From Myxococcota bacterium (lineage in GTDB: Bacteria; Myxococcota_A; UBA9160; UBA4427): a stretch of DNA of 64,000 bases. Shown here piece after piece: positions 8,982 to 18,003 of this stretch. How positions within the stretch are numbered: the stretch's first letter is position 1; each line of letters begins with the position of its first letter. Where the stretch lies: contig OZ252299.1 of NCBI GenBank assembly GCA_965250285.1, positions 5,607,966 to 5,671,965 of the forward strand. The letters are read 5' to 3'. The notes below the pieces were generated by a model. The model worked only from the letters and a program-made list of their open reading frames with translations, had not been told where the DNA came from and ran no database searches. Position numbers and translations under genes: made by a program.

Positions 8982-10508
8982 ATGAGAACCAGGTCGCGGC
9001 AAGCGCCGTCGCAGCGCGCCGTGCCCAGTCGCGGCCCGACCTCGCGGCGGACGTCCACAGCGTGGACCGTCGCGGCGCTCGTTCTGCTCATCGTCGTGGC
9101 CTTCGGTTGTTCGAGCGAGTCGACCCGGCCCGACGTGCTGCTCGTGACCATCGACACGCTGCGCCCCGACTTCCTCGAACCCTATGGCTTCGAGCAGCCG
9201 TCGTCGCCGGTGATCGCCGGCCTCGCCGAAGAGGGCGTCGTGTTCGACAACGCGATCGCGGCGGGGTCGCTCACCGCGCCGGCGCACGGCTCGATCATGA
9301 CGGGCCGCTTCGCACGGCAGCACTCGATCGGCGCGCTGAACGGCGAGACCCGCCTCGAAGGCGCGCCGACGCTGGCCGAGCAGTTCGCCGGTGCGGGCTA
9401 CGACACCGCCGCCTTCATCTCGAACGTGGTGCTGCGTCGCCGGCTCGGTCTCGATCGCGGCTTTGGCGTGTACGACGACGACCTGCCAGAGCAGGAGCTC
9501 AATCGGCCGTTGTACTTCGAGCGCACGGCCGACGAGACGGCGGCCCGCGCGCTCGAATGGCTCGCGTCGCGCGGCGACGAGCCGGTCTTCCTCTGGCTGC
9601 ATCTCCAGGATCCGCACGGGCCGTACACGCCCCCCGAAGAGACGCGCGGGCGCTTCGAAGACGTACCATTGCGCGTGAAGCAGCGCCTGCAGGTGCTCGA
9701 CAAGAACAGCGGACGCGCCGGTATTCCGGCCTACCAGGCGCTGCCCGGTGTCGATCGCCCGGGCGAGTACGCTGCGCGCTATGCCGAAGAGGTGCTCTTC
9801 GCCGATCGCTGGCTCGGCGAGGTGCTCGAGGCGGTGCGGGCGCGCCGCCCCGGCGTGCCGCCGATCGTCGTGCTCACGGCCGACCACGGCGAGAGCATGG
9901 GCGAGCAGGGCTGGTTCTTTCAGCATGGACAGGCCTCGACACCCGATCTCGCGCGCGTGCCCCTCCTGGCCGTCGTGCCCGGCGTCGAGCCGCGTCGCGA
10001 CGCGTCGTTCGTCAGCCATGCCGATCTCGCGCCGACGATCCTCGAACTCGCGGGTCTGTCTGCGCTCGAAGGGGCCACCGGAGACTCTCTGGCCGACCTG
10101 ATCCGTTCGGGGGACACGTTGGGTGAGCGTGTGATCTTCTGCGACACCGACGGCGAGTCGGCCGCCTACTTCGAGGGCGGCATCGTGCGGGCGCAGGGCG
10201 GCGCCGCCCACGCCGTGCCAGGCTCGGCAAGCGGCCCAACCCGGTTCACGGGCCTGCGCGAGAAGGAGCCAGGCGTCTGGCGCCCGATGCCCGTCGAAGA
10301 GACCGCCCGCGAGGCGCTCACGACCTACCTCGGCGCGGCGGTGCCCCTCGTGCCCGCAGGCGCCATGGAGCCCGAGCACATCGAGCACTTGCGCGCGCTC
10401 GGCTATCTCGACCCTGCGCTCGACCCCGATCTCGACCCCGACTCGGACGAGGGGCAGGCCGAGGCGGAAGCCGACGAGACGCACGATGGCGGGGCGGAGG
10501 CGCGCTGA
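8982..10508 (+). CDS. sulfatase-fold lipoprotein, Thr at nucleophile position
   Basis: Within ORF 8772..10508; ATG 8982 (alternative 8916). Lipobox VAFGC. Motifs VTIDTLRPD and TADHGESMGEQG. GSLTAPAHGSIMTG stands in place of CxPxR. LRALGYLD is followed by an acidic tail. Confidence 0.8.
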   Translation: MRTRSRQAPSQRAVPSRGPTSRRTSTAWTVAALVLLIVVAFGCSSESTRPDVLLVTIDTLRPDFLEPYGFEQPSSPVIAGLAEEGVVFDNAIAAGSLTAPAHGSIMTGRFARQHSIGALNGETRLEGAPTLAEQFAGAGYDTAAFISNVVLRRRLGLDRGFGVYDDDLPEQELNRPLYFERTADETAARALEWLASRGDEPVFLWLHLQDPHGPYTPPEETRGRFEDVPLRVKQRLQVLDKNSGRAGIPAYQALPGVDRPGEYAARYAEEVLFADRWLGEVLEAVRARRPGVPPIVVLTADHGESMGEQGWFFQHGQASTPDLARVPLLAVVPGVEPRRDASFVSHADLAPTILELAGLSALEGATGDSLADLIRSGDTLGERVIFCDTDGESAAYFEGGIVRAQGGAAHAVPGSASGPTRFTGLREKEPGVWRPMPVEETAREALTTYLGAAVPLVPAGAMEPEHIEHLRALGYLDPALDPDLDPDSDEGQAEAEADETHDGGAEAR

Positions 10509-10510
10509 CG

Positions 10511-11233
10511 ATGTATCGCGGCCTCAAGGTGATCGCGATCGCGCCCGTGCTCGACGAAGAGGTGAAGATTCGGGAGGTGGTGCGGCGGGTGCCCCGGGAC
10601 GTCGTCGACGAGGTGCTGGTGGTCGACGATGGCTCGACCGATCGCTCGGCCGACGTCGCCCGCGAGCAGGGCGCGCGGGTCGTCTCGATGGGCTACGTCG
10701 CCGGCGTGGGCGCTGCGCTTCGCCGAGGGTACGCCGAGGCTGTGGCGGGCGGCTTCGACGTGGCCGTGGTCATGGCCGGCAACAACAAGGACTCGCCCGA
10801 AGAGATCCCGCTGCTGCTCGACCCGATCGCCGACGGCCGCGCCGATTTCGTGCAGGGCTCGCGCTTTCTCAAGCCCGATGCGCAGTTCGGTGAGATGCCG
10901 ATCTACCGCCGCCTTGCGACGCGCATCCACCCGATCCTGTTCTCGATCGTGTCGGGTCGAAGGGTGACCGAGTCGACCAACGGCTTTCGCGCGATCCATA
11001 CGCGCGTGTTGCAGGACGAACGCCTCGATCTCGATCAGCCGTGGCTCGATGAGTACGAGCTCGAGCCCTACCTCTATTACAGGGTCATTCGAATGGGTTT
11101 CGCCACGGCGGAAGTGCCCGTGACGAAGATCTACCCGCCGAAGGCGCTCGGGCAGACGAAGATGAAGCCCGTCACGGGTTGGTGGTCGATGCTTCGGCCG
11201 CTCGTGTACCTTGGGCTCCGCATCAAGCACTAG
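10511..11233 (+). CDS. glycosyltransferase family 2, polyprenol-phosphate glycosyltransferase-like (ArnC/DPM1 type)
   Basis: VIAIAPVLDEEVKI, VVDDGSTDRS, and a short amphipathic C-terminus. It starts 3 nt after the preceding stop. Confidence 0.8.
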   Translation: MYRGLKVIAIAPVLDEEVKIREVVRRVPRDVVDEVLVVDDGSTDRSADVAREQGARVVSMGYVAGVGAALRRGYAEAVAGGFDVAVVMAGNNKDSPEEIPLLLDPIADGRADFVQGSRFLKPDAQFGEMPIYRRLATRIHPILFSIVSGRRVTESTNGFRAIHTRVLQDERLDLDQPWLDEYELEPYLYYRVIRMGFATAEVPVTKIYPPKALGQTKMKPVTGWWSMLRPLVYLGLRIKH

Positions 11234-11242
11234 GATGTCGGC

Positions 11243-12283
11243 ATGAGCGCAGATCCGCTGGTCCGCGTCGCCGTGGTCGGAGCCGGCCACTGGGGCCCGA
11301 ACCTCATCAACAATTTCGAGAGCAGTCTGCGCAGCCGGGTCGCGTGGGTGGTGGACCGGGACGCGCAGCGGCTCGAGCGCGTGCGCGAACGCTTTCCCGA
11401 CATGCGCACCACAGACGACGTGCGTCACGCGATCGACGATCCCGACGTCGATGCGGTGGTCATCGCCACGCCCACGAGCACGCACCTCGAGCTCGCGAAG
11501 GCCGCGCTCGAAGCGGGCAAGCACGTGCTGGTCGAGAAGCCGCTGGCCGATTCGGTGGCCGGCTGCGAAACGCTCTGCGAGCTGGCCGAGCGCGAGCAGC
11601 GCGTCTTGATGGTCGGGCACATCTTCGTCTACAACGACGCGGCCCGGAAGGTGAAGTCGATCATCGAGGCCGGGGACCTCGGCCGCATCTACTACATCGC
11701 GATGAACCGAACGAACCTCGGCCCGATTCGCGTCGACGTGAACGCGGCCTGGGATCTCGCGGCCCACGACATTGCGCTCGCGAGCGACTGGCTCGGCAGC
11801 TGGCCGCAGTCGGTGTCGGCCACCGGCGGTGCGTGGATCAACGAGGGCGTGGCCGACGCCGTCTTCGCGACCCTGCGCTACCCGGGCGACGTGCTGGTCA
11901 ACCTCCATGCGAGCTGGCTGAACCCGCGCAAAGCGCGCGACATCACCGTCGTCGGCGATACGCGCATGCTCACCTTCGACGACATCGACCTGCGCGAGCC
12001 GGTTCGCATCTACGACAAGCAGGTCTCGAACGAGCGCACGGGCGCGTCGTTCGTCGATACGTTCTCTTCGTTCCGCATGAGCGTGCTCGATGGGGACGTC
12101 AGCGTGCCGCGCTTCCCGATGGGTGAGCCGCTCAAGAACGAGTGCGAGCACTTTCTCGACTGCGTGATCGACGGCAAGGCAGCGCGCTCGGGGGGGCCGG
12201 AGGGGCTGGCGGTGGTGCGCGTGCTCGAGGCGCTGTCGCGCAGTCTCGAGCAGGGTGGCACCAGCGAGGCGACGGGGTTGTAG
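11243..12283 (+). CDS. Gfo/Idh/MocA family NAD-dependent sugar (NDP-sugar) dehydrogenase
   Basis: N-terminal Rossmann motif VAVVGAGHWGPNLINNF. EKPLA motif (VLVEKPLADS). Resembles WbpB-type 3-dehydrogenases. Confidence 0.85.
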   Translation: MSADPLVRVAVVGAGHWGPNLINNFESSLRSRVAWVVDRDAQRLERVRERFPDMRTTDDVRHAIDDPDVDAVVIATPTSTHLELAKAALEAGKHVLVEKPLADSVAGCETLCELAEREQRVLMVGHIFVYNDAARKVKSIIEAGDLGRIYYIAMNRTNLGPIRVDVNAAWDLAAHDIALASDWLGSWPQSVSATGGAWINEGVADAVFATLRYPGDVLVNLHASWLNPRKARDITVVGDTRMLTFDDIDLREPVRIYDKQVSNERTGASFVDTFSSFRMSVLDGDVSVPRFPMGEPLKNECEHFLDCVIDGKAARSGGPEGLAVVRVLEALSRSLEQGGTSEATGL

Positions 12284-13384
12284 ATGCCGATCCCCCTCGT
12301 CGATCTGCAGATCATGCACCGTGAGATCGAGGCCGAGGTGAACGCCGCCTTCGACCGCATCATGTCGAGTGGTGCGTTCGTGCTCGGCCCTGACGTCGCC
12401 GAGTTCGAGTCGGCGTTCGCGCGCTACTGCGAAGTCGATCACTGCATCGGGGTGGCGAACGGGACCGATGCACTCGAGCTCGCGATGCGTGCGCTCGACA
12501 TCGGCCCTGGCGACGAGGTCGTGCTGCCGGCCAACACGTTCATCGCGACGGCCCTCGCGGTCGCGCGCGTGGGTGCGACGCCAGTGCTCGTCGACGCGCG
12601 GGACGGCGATCTGCTGATCGATCCCGAGGCCGTCGAGGCCGCGGTCGGCGCATCGACGCGCGCGATCGTCGGGGTCGACCTCTTTGGCCAGGTGGCGCCG
12701 TTCGAGGCCCTCGTCCCCGTCGCGGAGCGCCACGGGCTCGCCCTGCTCGAAGACGCGGCCCAGAGCCAGGGCGCGCGTCGCGACGGGCGACGAGCCGGGT
12801 CGTTCGGCGACATCGCCGGCACGAGCTTCTACCCTGGCAAGAACCTCGGTGCCTACGGCGACGGGGGTGCAGTGACGACGGCGCGTGTCGACCTGGCCGA
12901 TCGGATCCGCCGCCTGCGCAACTACGGCAGCGAGATCAAGTACCACCACCCCGAGACCGGCTTCAACTCGCGCCTCGACACGCTCCAGGCAGCCGTGCTC
13001 AACGCAAAGCTCGCGCGCCTCGATGGCTGGAACGCACAGCGACGCGCGGCCGCCGAGCACTACGACGCCCTGCTTGCCGACACGGCAGAGGTGCGTCTGC
13101 CCGTCACGGATCGGCGCAACGAACCCGTCTGGCACATCTATCAGGTGCGCGTCCCCAGACGCGACGACGTGCTCGAGAAACTGCATGCGGCCGGGATCGG
13201 TGCGGGCATCCACTACCCCGTGCCGATTCATCTGCAGGGCGCGTTCGCGTCGCTCGGGCAGGGCGAAGGTCGGTATCCGGTCTCGGAGGCGGCCGCCGGC
13301 GAGATGATCTCGCTGCCGCTCTTTCCGGGCATCACCGAGGCCCAGCAGGCCGAGGTGGTGGACGCGCTACGCGGCGCGCTGTGA
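12284..13384 (+). CDS. DegT/DnrJ/EryC1/StrS family PLP-dependent sugar aminotransferase
   Basis: GVANGTDALELAMRAL, SFYPGKNLGAYGDGG (PLP lysine), YHHPETGFNSRLDTLQAAVL. The ATG directly abuts the preceding TAG. Confidence 0.9.
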   Translation: MPIPLVDLQIMHREIEAEVNAAFDRIMSSGAFVLGPDVAEFESAFARYCEVDHCIGVANGTDALELAMRALDIGPGDEVVLPANTFIATALAVARVGATPVLVDARDGDLLIDPEAVEAAVGASTRAIVGVDLFGQVAPFEALVPVAERHGLALLEDAAQSQGARRDGRRAGSFGDIAGTSFYPGKNLGAYGDGGAVTTARVDLADRIRRLRNYGSEIKYHHPETGFNSRLDTLQAAVLNAKLARLDGWNAQRRAAAEHYDALLADTAEVRLPVTDRRNEPVWHIYQVRVPRRDDVLEKLHAAGIGAGIHYPVPIHLQGAFASLGQGEGRYPVSEAAAGEMISLPLFPGITEAQQAEVVDALRGAL

Positions 13385-15663
13385 GCGACGCCCCTGCGCC
13401 CGAGCCGGCGCCCCGCGAGCGGCGGTGGCTCTGGTGGGGCCCCGTGCTCGGCGCCGCCACGCTCGTCGTACTCATTCGAAGCCTCGGCTTCGAGTACGTG
13501 TTCGTCGACGGCGAGGTCGTGTTTCCGCCCGCTGATCCTCAGTATCACTTGCGTCGTGGACTGCAGGTCTTCGAGCGGTTCCCGGACGTCTTGCTCTTCG
13601 ATCCCTACATCAACTACCCGGGCGGGGCACCGATCCCCTGGCCCCCGCTCTACGACATCGTGATGGGCGCCGTGCCGCGCTTCGCCGGCGCCGACGAGCA
13701 TGGCTTCGAGGTCTTCGCCGCGTGGCTGAGCCCGCTGTGTGCGCTGCTCGCGTGTGTGCCGATCGCGGGCATCGCAAGGCGGACGTCGGGCGAGCAGGGG
13801 CCGCGCGTGCCGGCGCTCGCCATCACGATCTTCGCGCTGGTCCCGCTGCTCGTGAGCTACGGCCGGGTCGGCATGGCCGACCATCACGCCGCCGTCTCGA
13901 TGATCGGGGCGTGGCTGCTGCTCTGTTGCGTGGCGCAGGTCGACCCCGGCCTGGGTGAGCGATCGGCCCGCCGCTGGATGTGGGCCCACGTCGCGGCGCG
14001 CCTTGCGCTGCTGCTGACCTGGCACGGCAGCCTGCTCTACCTGGGCATCGCCGAGGGGAGCCTGGCGCTGGCGTTCATCTCGACGGGCCGCCGCGGTCTC
14101 GCGCTTCATCAGGCGATCGGCGCGGCGGTGACGGCCTTGGTCCTCGTGCCCGTGCTCGCGGTGATGCCGACGCCGCTCGGCGGCCCGTATTCGGCGATCG
14201 CGCTCTCGCGTCTCCACGTGATCGCGATGCTCGGCGTCGCGATGGTTCTCGGGGCCGGGTTGCTCGCGACGCGGCAGTCGGCGCTCGATGCGCCCATCGC
14301 TCGACTCGGCGCGCTCGCGCTGGCATCGCTGGTGTTCATCGCGGGCGTGCTCGCGTTGCCCGGGCCGCGCGAGGGGCTCGGCCCGGCGCTCGAGTTTCTC
14401 ACCATGACCGATGGCGTCGGGGACGTGACGGGCGAGCAGCTGCCGATCTTCGATCTCGGAGCGCGCCGGGCCATCAAGCCGTTTCCGTTGGTGTGGAGCT
14501 GGTGGGCGCCGCTGATTCCGCTCGTGCCGATCGGCGTCGCGCTGGTCGCGCGTCGCCAGCCGCCGGGCAGCGCGGGTCGCGCCGCGGCGTGGATGCTCTG
14601 CCTCTGGACCGCGATCTTCGGCGCGCTCGCGATCACCCAGCGCCGCTACGGCAACGACTTCGGCCCGGCGGCGGCCGTCGGCCTGGCCCTGGGGTTCGTC
14701 TGGTTGGCGGATGCGCTCGCCGCGCGCCTCGTCGCATCGCCCCGGCGTTCGGCGGTCGCGACGAGCCTGGCGCTGCTGTTCGTCCTCCTGACGGCATGGC
14801 CGGCGCTGGCGCGCGTCCATGGCCCGCGCGCCGTGTCGAGCTGGCGCGCGCTGCGCGGTGACGAGGCGATCCGCGTTCAGGCGCGCACGGGCATTGGCGC
14901 AACGCTGTCGCGATTCCTGCGGCAGGTGCGACACCGGACGCCCGAGACGGCGGGCTACTTCGACGACGCGGGTGAGCCCGAGTACGGCGTCATTGCGCAT
15001 CCGAATCTCGGCCACGCGATTCAGTACGAAGCGCGCCGGCCGACGGCGACCGACCCCTTCTGGGCCTACATCGGGCGCGAGAACTGGGCGCTGACCCAGG
15101 GCTTCGTCGAAGCGACCGACGAGGCCGAGGCCCGCGTGCTCGCCGATCGGCTCGACGGTCGCTACGTGATCACGATGCCGCAGCTGCCGCCGGGCTCGGT
15201 GATGCAGCGACTGCACGACGGCTATGGCACGGCGACGCGCGACGCGCCGGGGCTCGGGCACTTCCGCTTCGTCGCCGAGGCGCCGAGCGGCGCGCCGGCG
15301 CTCGGCGAAGTGTTCCAACCCGGTGCCGCGCGCCGGGGCTCGCCCTACAAGCTCTTCGAGATCGTGGCCGGCGCCGACCTCGTGTTCGCATGCCCGGCGG
15401 GCACGCGCGCCCGGGTGCAGGCCCGCATCGAGCACGGTCGCGGCACGTTCGTGTGGCGGACCCACGCGTTGGCCGACGAGACGGGTCGGGTGAGGGTGCG
15501 CATCCCCTATGCAACGGCGAACGGCGAGGCGGCGGGCGGTGGCGTGGCCGATGGACCGCTGCGCGTCGAGTGCGGCGATCGAGCCTGGCCCGTGCGGATC
15601 CCGGCCGGCGCTGTTCGCGAAGGCCGCGAGGTGACGGCCCCCGCGCCGCCGCCCGTCGGCTGA
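13381..15663 (+). CDS. STT3/AglB-like oligosaccharyltransferase-family membrane protein with a degenerate WWDYG box
   Basis: GTG 13381 overlaps the upstream stop (GTGA). First loop ADPQYHLRRG resembles STT3 FDPWFNYR. NYPGGAPIPWPPLYD and GMADHHA are present. There are ~13 hydrophobic segments. YGVIAHPNLGHAIQY aligns by eye with YGV..WWDYGH.I.Y. GRYVITMP, FRFVAEAP and YKLFEIV match the STT3 C-terminal domain pattern (family signatures recalled from memory). Confidence 0.5.
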   Translation: MSDAPAPEPAPRERRWLWWGPVLGAATLVVLIRSLGFEYVFVDGEVVFPPADPQYHLRRGLQVFERFPDVLLFDPYINYPGGAPIPWPPLYDIVMGAVPRFAGADEHGFEVFAAWLSPLCALLACVPIAGIARRTSGEQGPRVPALAITIFALVPLLVSYGRVGMADHHAAVSMIGAWLLLCCVAQVDPGLGERSARRWMWAHVAARLALLLTWHGSLLYLGIAEGSLALAFISTGRRGLALHQAIGAAVTALVLVPVLAVMPTPLGGPYSAIALSRLHVIAMLGVAMVLGAGLLATRQSALDAPIARLGALALASLVFIAGVLALPGPREGLGPALEFLTMTDGVGDVTGEQLPIFDLGARRAIKPFPLVWSWWAPLIPLVPIGVALVARRQPPGSAGRAAAWMLCLWTAIFGALAITQRRYGNDFGPAAAVGLALGFVWLADALAARLVASPRRSAVATSLALLFVLLTAWPALARVHGPRAVSSWRALRGDEAIRVQARTGIGATLSRFLRQVRHRTPETAGYFDDAGEPEYGVIAHPNLGHAIQYEARRPTATDPFWAYIGRENWALTQGFVEATDEAEARVLADRLDGRYVITMPQLPPGSVMQRLHDGYGTATRDAPGLGHFRFVAEAPSGAPALGEVFQPGAARRGSPYKLFEIVAGADLVFACPAGTRARVQARIEHGRGTFVWRTHALADETGRVRVRIPYATANGEAAGGGVADGPLRVECGDRAWPVRIPAGAVREGREVTAPAPPPVG

Positions 15664-15705
15664 TGGGGAGCCGCCTGCTGACGGCGAGCCGCCGGGTCGG
15701 CCGCG

Positions 15706-17364
15706 TCATTCGACGCGGAAGCGGCCGTCGAAGATCAGCAGATGGGGGCGCGGGACGCGCACGGTGTAGAACGCGGGGGCGCCTTCGCCGTCGCGGTGCA
15801 CGTCGATCTCGAGCCCCTGCGCGCGCGCGACTTCGAGCAGACGCGGGCCGAGGCCGAAGAGGTCGGTCGCCTCGTCGTGAACGAGGTATCGCGTCCCTGC
15901 ATCGCCGCGATGGGCCCAGGGGCGACCGCTGCGAAGCGTGGCCGGGATCTCCCAGATGGCTTCGCGCACGTCGGCCGAGCGCGTGAGAAAGAGCAGAGGC
16001 TCGTGGAAGCCCCAGTCGAGACTCACGGCCTGACCGCCGTCGCGCTCGAGCACCGTGGCGAACTCGGTGAGCGCGTGGGTCCAGCGGCCGCGGCCGCCGG
16101 TCTGCTCGATCAGTGCGCGGGTATCGGCGATGCGACCGACCTGTCCGGCGGCGACGAATCCGATCGCCACACTCAGCACCGCCCGGGCGAGCACCGCCCG
16201 CCGTCGATCCCGCCACGGCCGGACGTAGAGGTCGTAGACAGCGACGCCGATGACGGCGTGCCAGAGCGGGAAGACGTTCAGCTGGTGATGCGCGCGCACG
16301 GCACCGGGCAGCGCGACCATCCCGGCGGTGACCAGCGCGGTGGTCGCGAGGAGCCACGCGCGCAGCGCGACGTCGCGGCGCGCGCCTGCGTCGCCGCGAC
16401 GTCGCAGGGTCTCGATGATGAGCAGCACGAAGCAGCCGAGCGCCGCCCCGAGCAGGGGCGTCGCCTCGGCGGGCGCTTCCAGCGTGCGCTCGAAGACACC
16501 GCCGGCCTCCATCAGCCGGTGAAAGCGCGTGCCGTCGAGGGTCTGCGTGAACAGCCAGAAGCGCTCGCTCGAGTCACCGCGATCGGCGATGGCCTCGCTG
16601 GTCGAGAACAAGGCGCCGAGGTTCGACCACATCGGCGCCGATGCGACGAGCAGCAGCGCGGCGCCCGCGAAGAGCGCCGGCCGGCGCGTACGAAGCGCCT
16701 CGCTGACCAGATCGCGGCGGAAGGCCAGCAGCGCAAGCCCGGCCGCGGCCAGCACCACGGCGAAGTCGGCGCGGCTGTAGATGCCGAGCCCGAACGCGAG
16801 CCCAGACAGGCCTGCCCACGCGATGCCCATCGCGCCGCGCGCGCGCCACGCGGCGAGCAACGCGCAGGCGCCGGCCGAGCGACACAGGAGGTTCGTCGTG
16901 AACGGTCCCCACTCGAACTGCGCCAGAAAGAAGAAGCTCGGGTCGCTCAGGGCGAGCAGGCCCGTCACGATCGCAGCCGGTGCGCCGAAGAGGGCGGCGA
17001 TCCACAGCATCGCGAGGCCGAGCGCGACGAGGGCGGTGGCGCACGTCGTCACGCGCAGCACACGGGGGGTGGCGCCGAAGACCGCAAACGCCGGGATCGC
17101 GAGCTGGCTCTTGAGCGAGCCGAGGTAGGCGGCGTTGTACGTGGGGAACGGTCGGCCGAACACCTCGACCGAGCGCACACTGCCGGGGTGGGTCGAGGGT
17201 CGCCCGACGTCGACGAAATCGCGGGCCTGCTGGGCCATGAAGGCCTCGTCGTAGTAGAGGCCAAGCCGGTCGGCGTCGTTCCAGGCGAAGCCGAGTACGA
17301 TGCTCGAGCCCAGCGCCCACGTGAGGGCGACGACCAGCAGGGGACGACCCAGGACCGTCGTCAA
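15706..17364 (-). CDS. polytopic membrane protein, GT-C-type glycosyltransferase candidate (GT39/ArnT-like)
   Basis: Within ORF 15706..17499. TTG 17364 overlaps the TGA of the upstream methyltransferase gene (TTGA); alternative ATG 17499. TM1 is followed by the loop NDADRLGLYYDEAFMAQQARDF (YxDE motif). Many TM segments and a C-terminal soluble domain. Confidence 0.55.
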   Translation of the reverse strand: MTTVLGRPLLVVALTWALGSSIVLGFAWNDADRLGLYYDEAFMAQQARDFVDVGRPSTHPGSVRSVEVFGRPFPTYNAAYLGSLKSQLAIPAFAVFGATPRVLRVTTCATALVALGLAMLWIAALFGAPAAIVTGLLALSDPSFFFLAQFEWGPFTTNLLCRSAGACALLAAWRARGAMGIAWAGLSGLAFGLGIYSRADFAVVLAAAGLALLAFRRDLVSEALRTRRPALFAGAALLLVASAPMWSNLGALFSTSEAIADRGDSSERFWLFTQTLDGTRFHRLMEAGGVFERTLEAPAEATPLLGAALGCFVLLIIETLRRRGDAGARRDVALRAWLLATTALVTAGMVALPGAVRAHHQLNVFPLWHAVIGVAVYDLYVRPWRDRRRAVLARAVLSVAIGFVAAGQVGRIADTRALIEQTGGRGRWTHALTEFATVLERDGGQAVSLDWGFHEPLLFLTRSADVREAIWEIPATLRSGRPWAHRGDAGTRYLVHDEATDLFGLGPRLLEVARAQGLEIDVHRDGEGAPAFYTVRVPRPHLLIFDGRFRVE

Positions 17365-17969
17365 ACCGGATCCGTTCGCAGCCGCGCGACGAAGTGAAGC
17401 CCGCGATCGAAGAACAGGCTCGCCGGAAACGGATAGAGCCCGAGGCGCGACTTCCACGTCTCGACCTCGAGCCCCACGTCGGCGAGCACGGCGCGCCACT
17501 CGCGCTCGCTCCAGTAGAGATGGGGCACGGCGACGCCGTGGCGAGCGTTGCCGACCCGGTCCATGAAACGCAGCGTCGCCTCGGCGAAGGGGCCATCGCG
17601 CGTGTGATCCTTCAGCAGGACCCAGCTGCGTGCGACACGCTTCGCGTCGTTCAAGAGCCTGCGGGCCTGCTCGGTGTGGTGGAGCACGTCGACGAAGAGC
17701 ACGACGTCGACCGCATCGTCTTCGGCGGGCAGATGCGCGCCATCGAAACGCTCGACCGGAATCGCCGTGTCATCGCGGACGAGGACGTCGACGCCGCGAA
17801 CCGAGATGTCGGGGCGCACCTGCTCGATCGCGCGCGCCAGTCGGCCGTCGCCGCTGCCCACGTCGAGCACGCTCGCGGCTTCGGGCAGCAGGGGCGCGAG
17901 GTGATCGACGAGGATGCGCACGCGCCGGTCGACGACGGTGTGGCGATGCATGTGCTCGACGGCGTTCAT
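17361..17969 (-). CDS. class I SAM-dependent methyltransferase
   Basis: VLDVGSGDGRLARAI (motif I) and VDVVLFVDVLHHTEQ (motif II/III region). Confidence 0.8.
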   Translation of the reverse strand: MNAVEHMHRHTVVDRRVRILVDHLAPLLPEAASVLDVGSGDGRLARAIEQVRPDISVRGVDVLVRDDTAIPVERFDGAHLPAEDDAVDVVLFVDVLHHTEQARRLLNDAKRVARSWVLLKDHTRDGPFAEATLRFMDRVGNARHGVAVPHLYWSEREWRAVLADVGLEVETWKSRLGLYPFPASLFFDRGLHFVARLRTDPV

Positions 17970-18003
17970 CGAAGAGGCGCCCCCTCGACGACACGTTGGC
18001 CGG

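Noticed and set aside
6188-9157. 989-aa minus-strand ORF spanning the GT2 and sulfatase-fold region. Similar giant ORFs occur at 8505..10484(-), 10403..13231(-), 13228..15465(-), 22465..25707(+), 26312..28045(+), 28246..30786(+), 40175..41980(-), 43388..45655(+) and 52673..55072(-).
   Set aside because: These are Arg/Ala/Gly/Pro-dominated translations with no recognisable motifs. Each lies antisense to, or out of frame with, an ORF that carries clear family signatures. Long stop-free shadow frames like these are typical of ~70% GC DNA.
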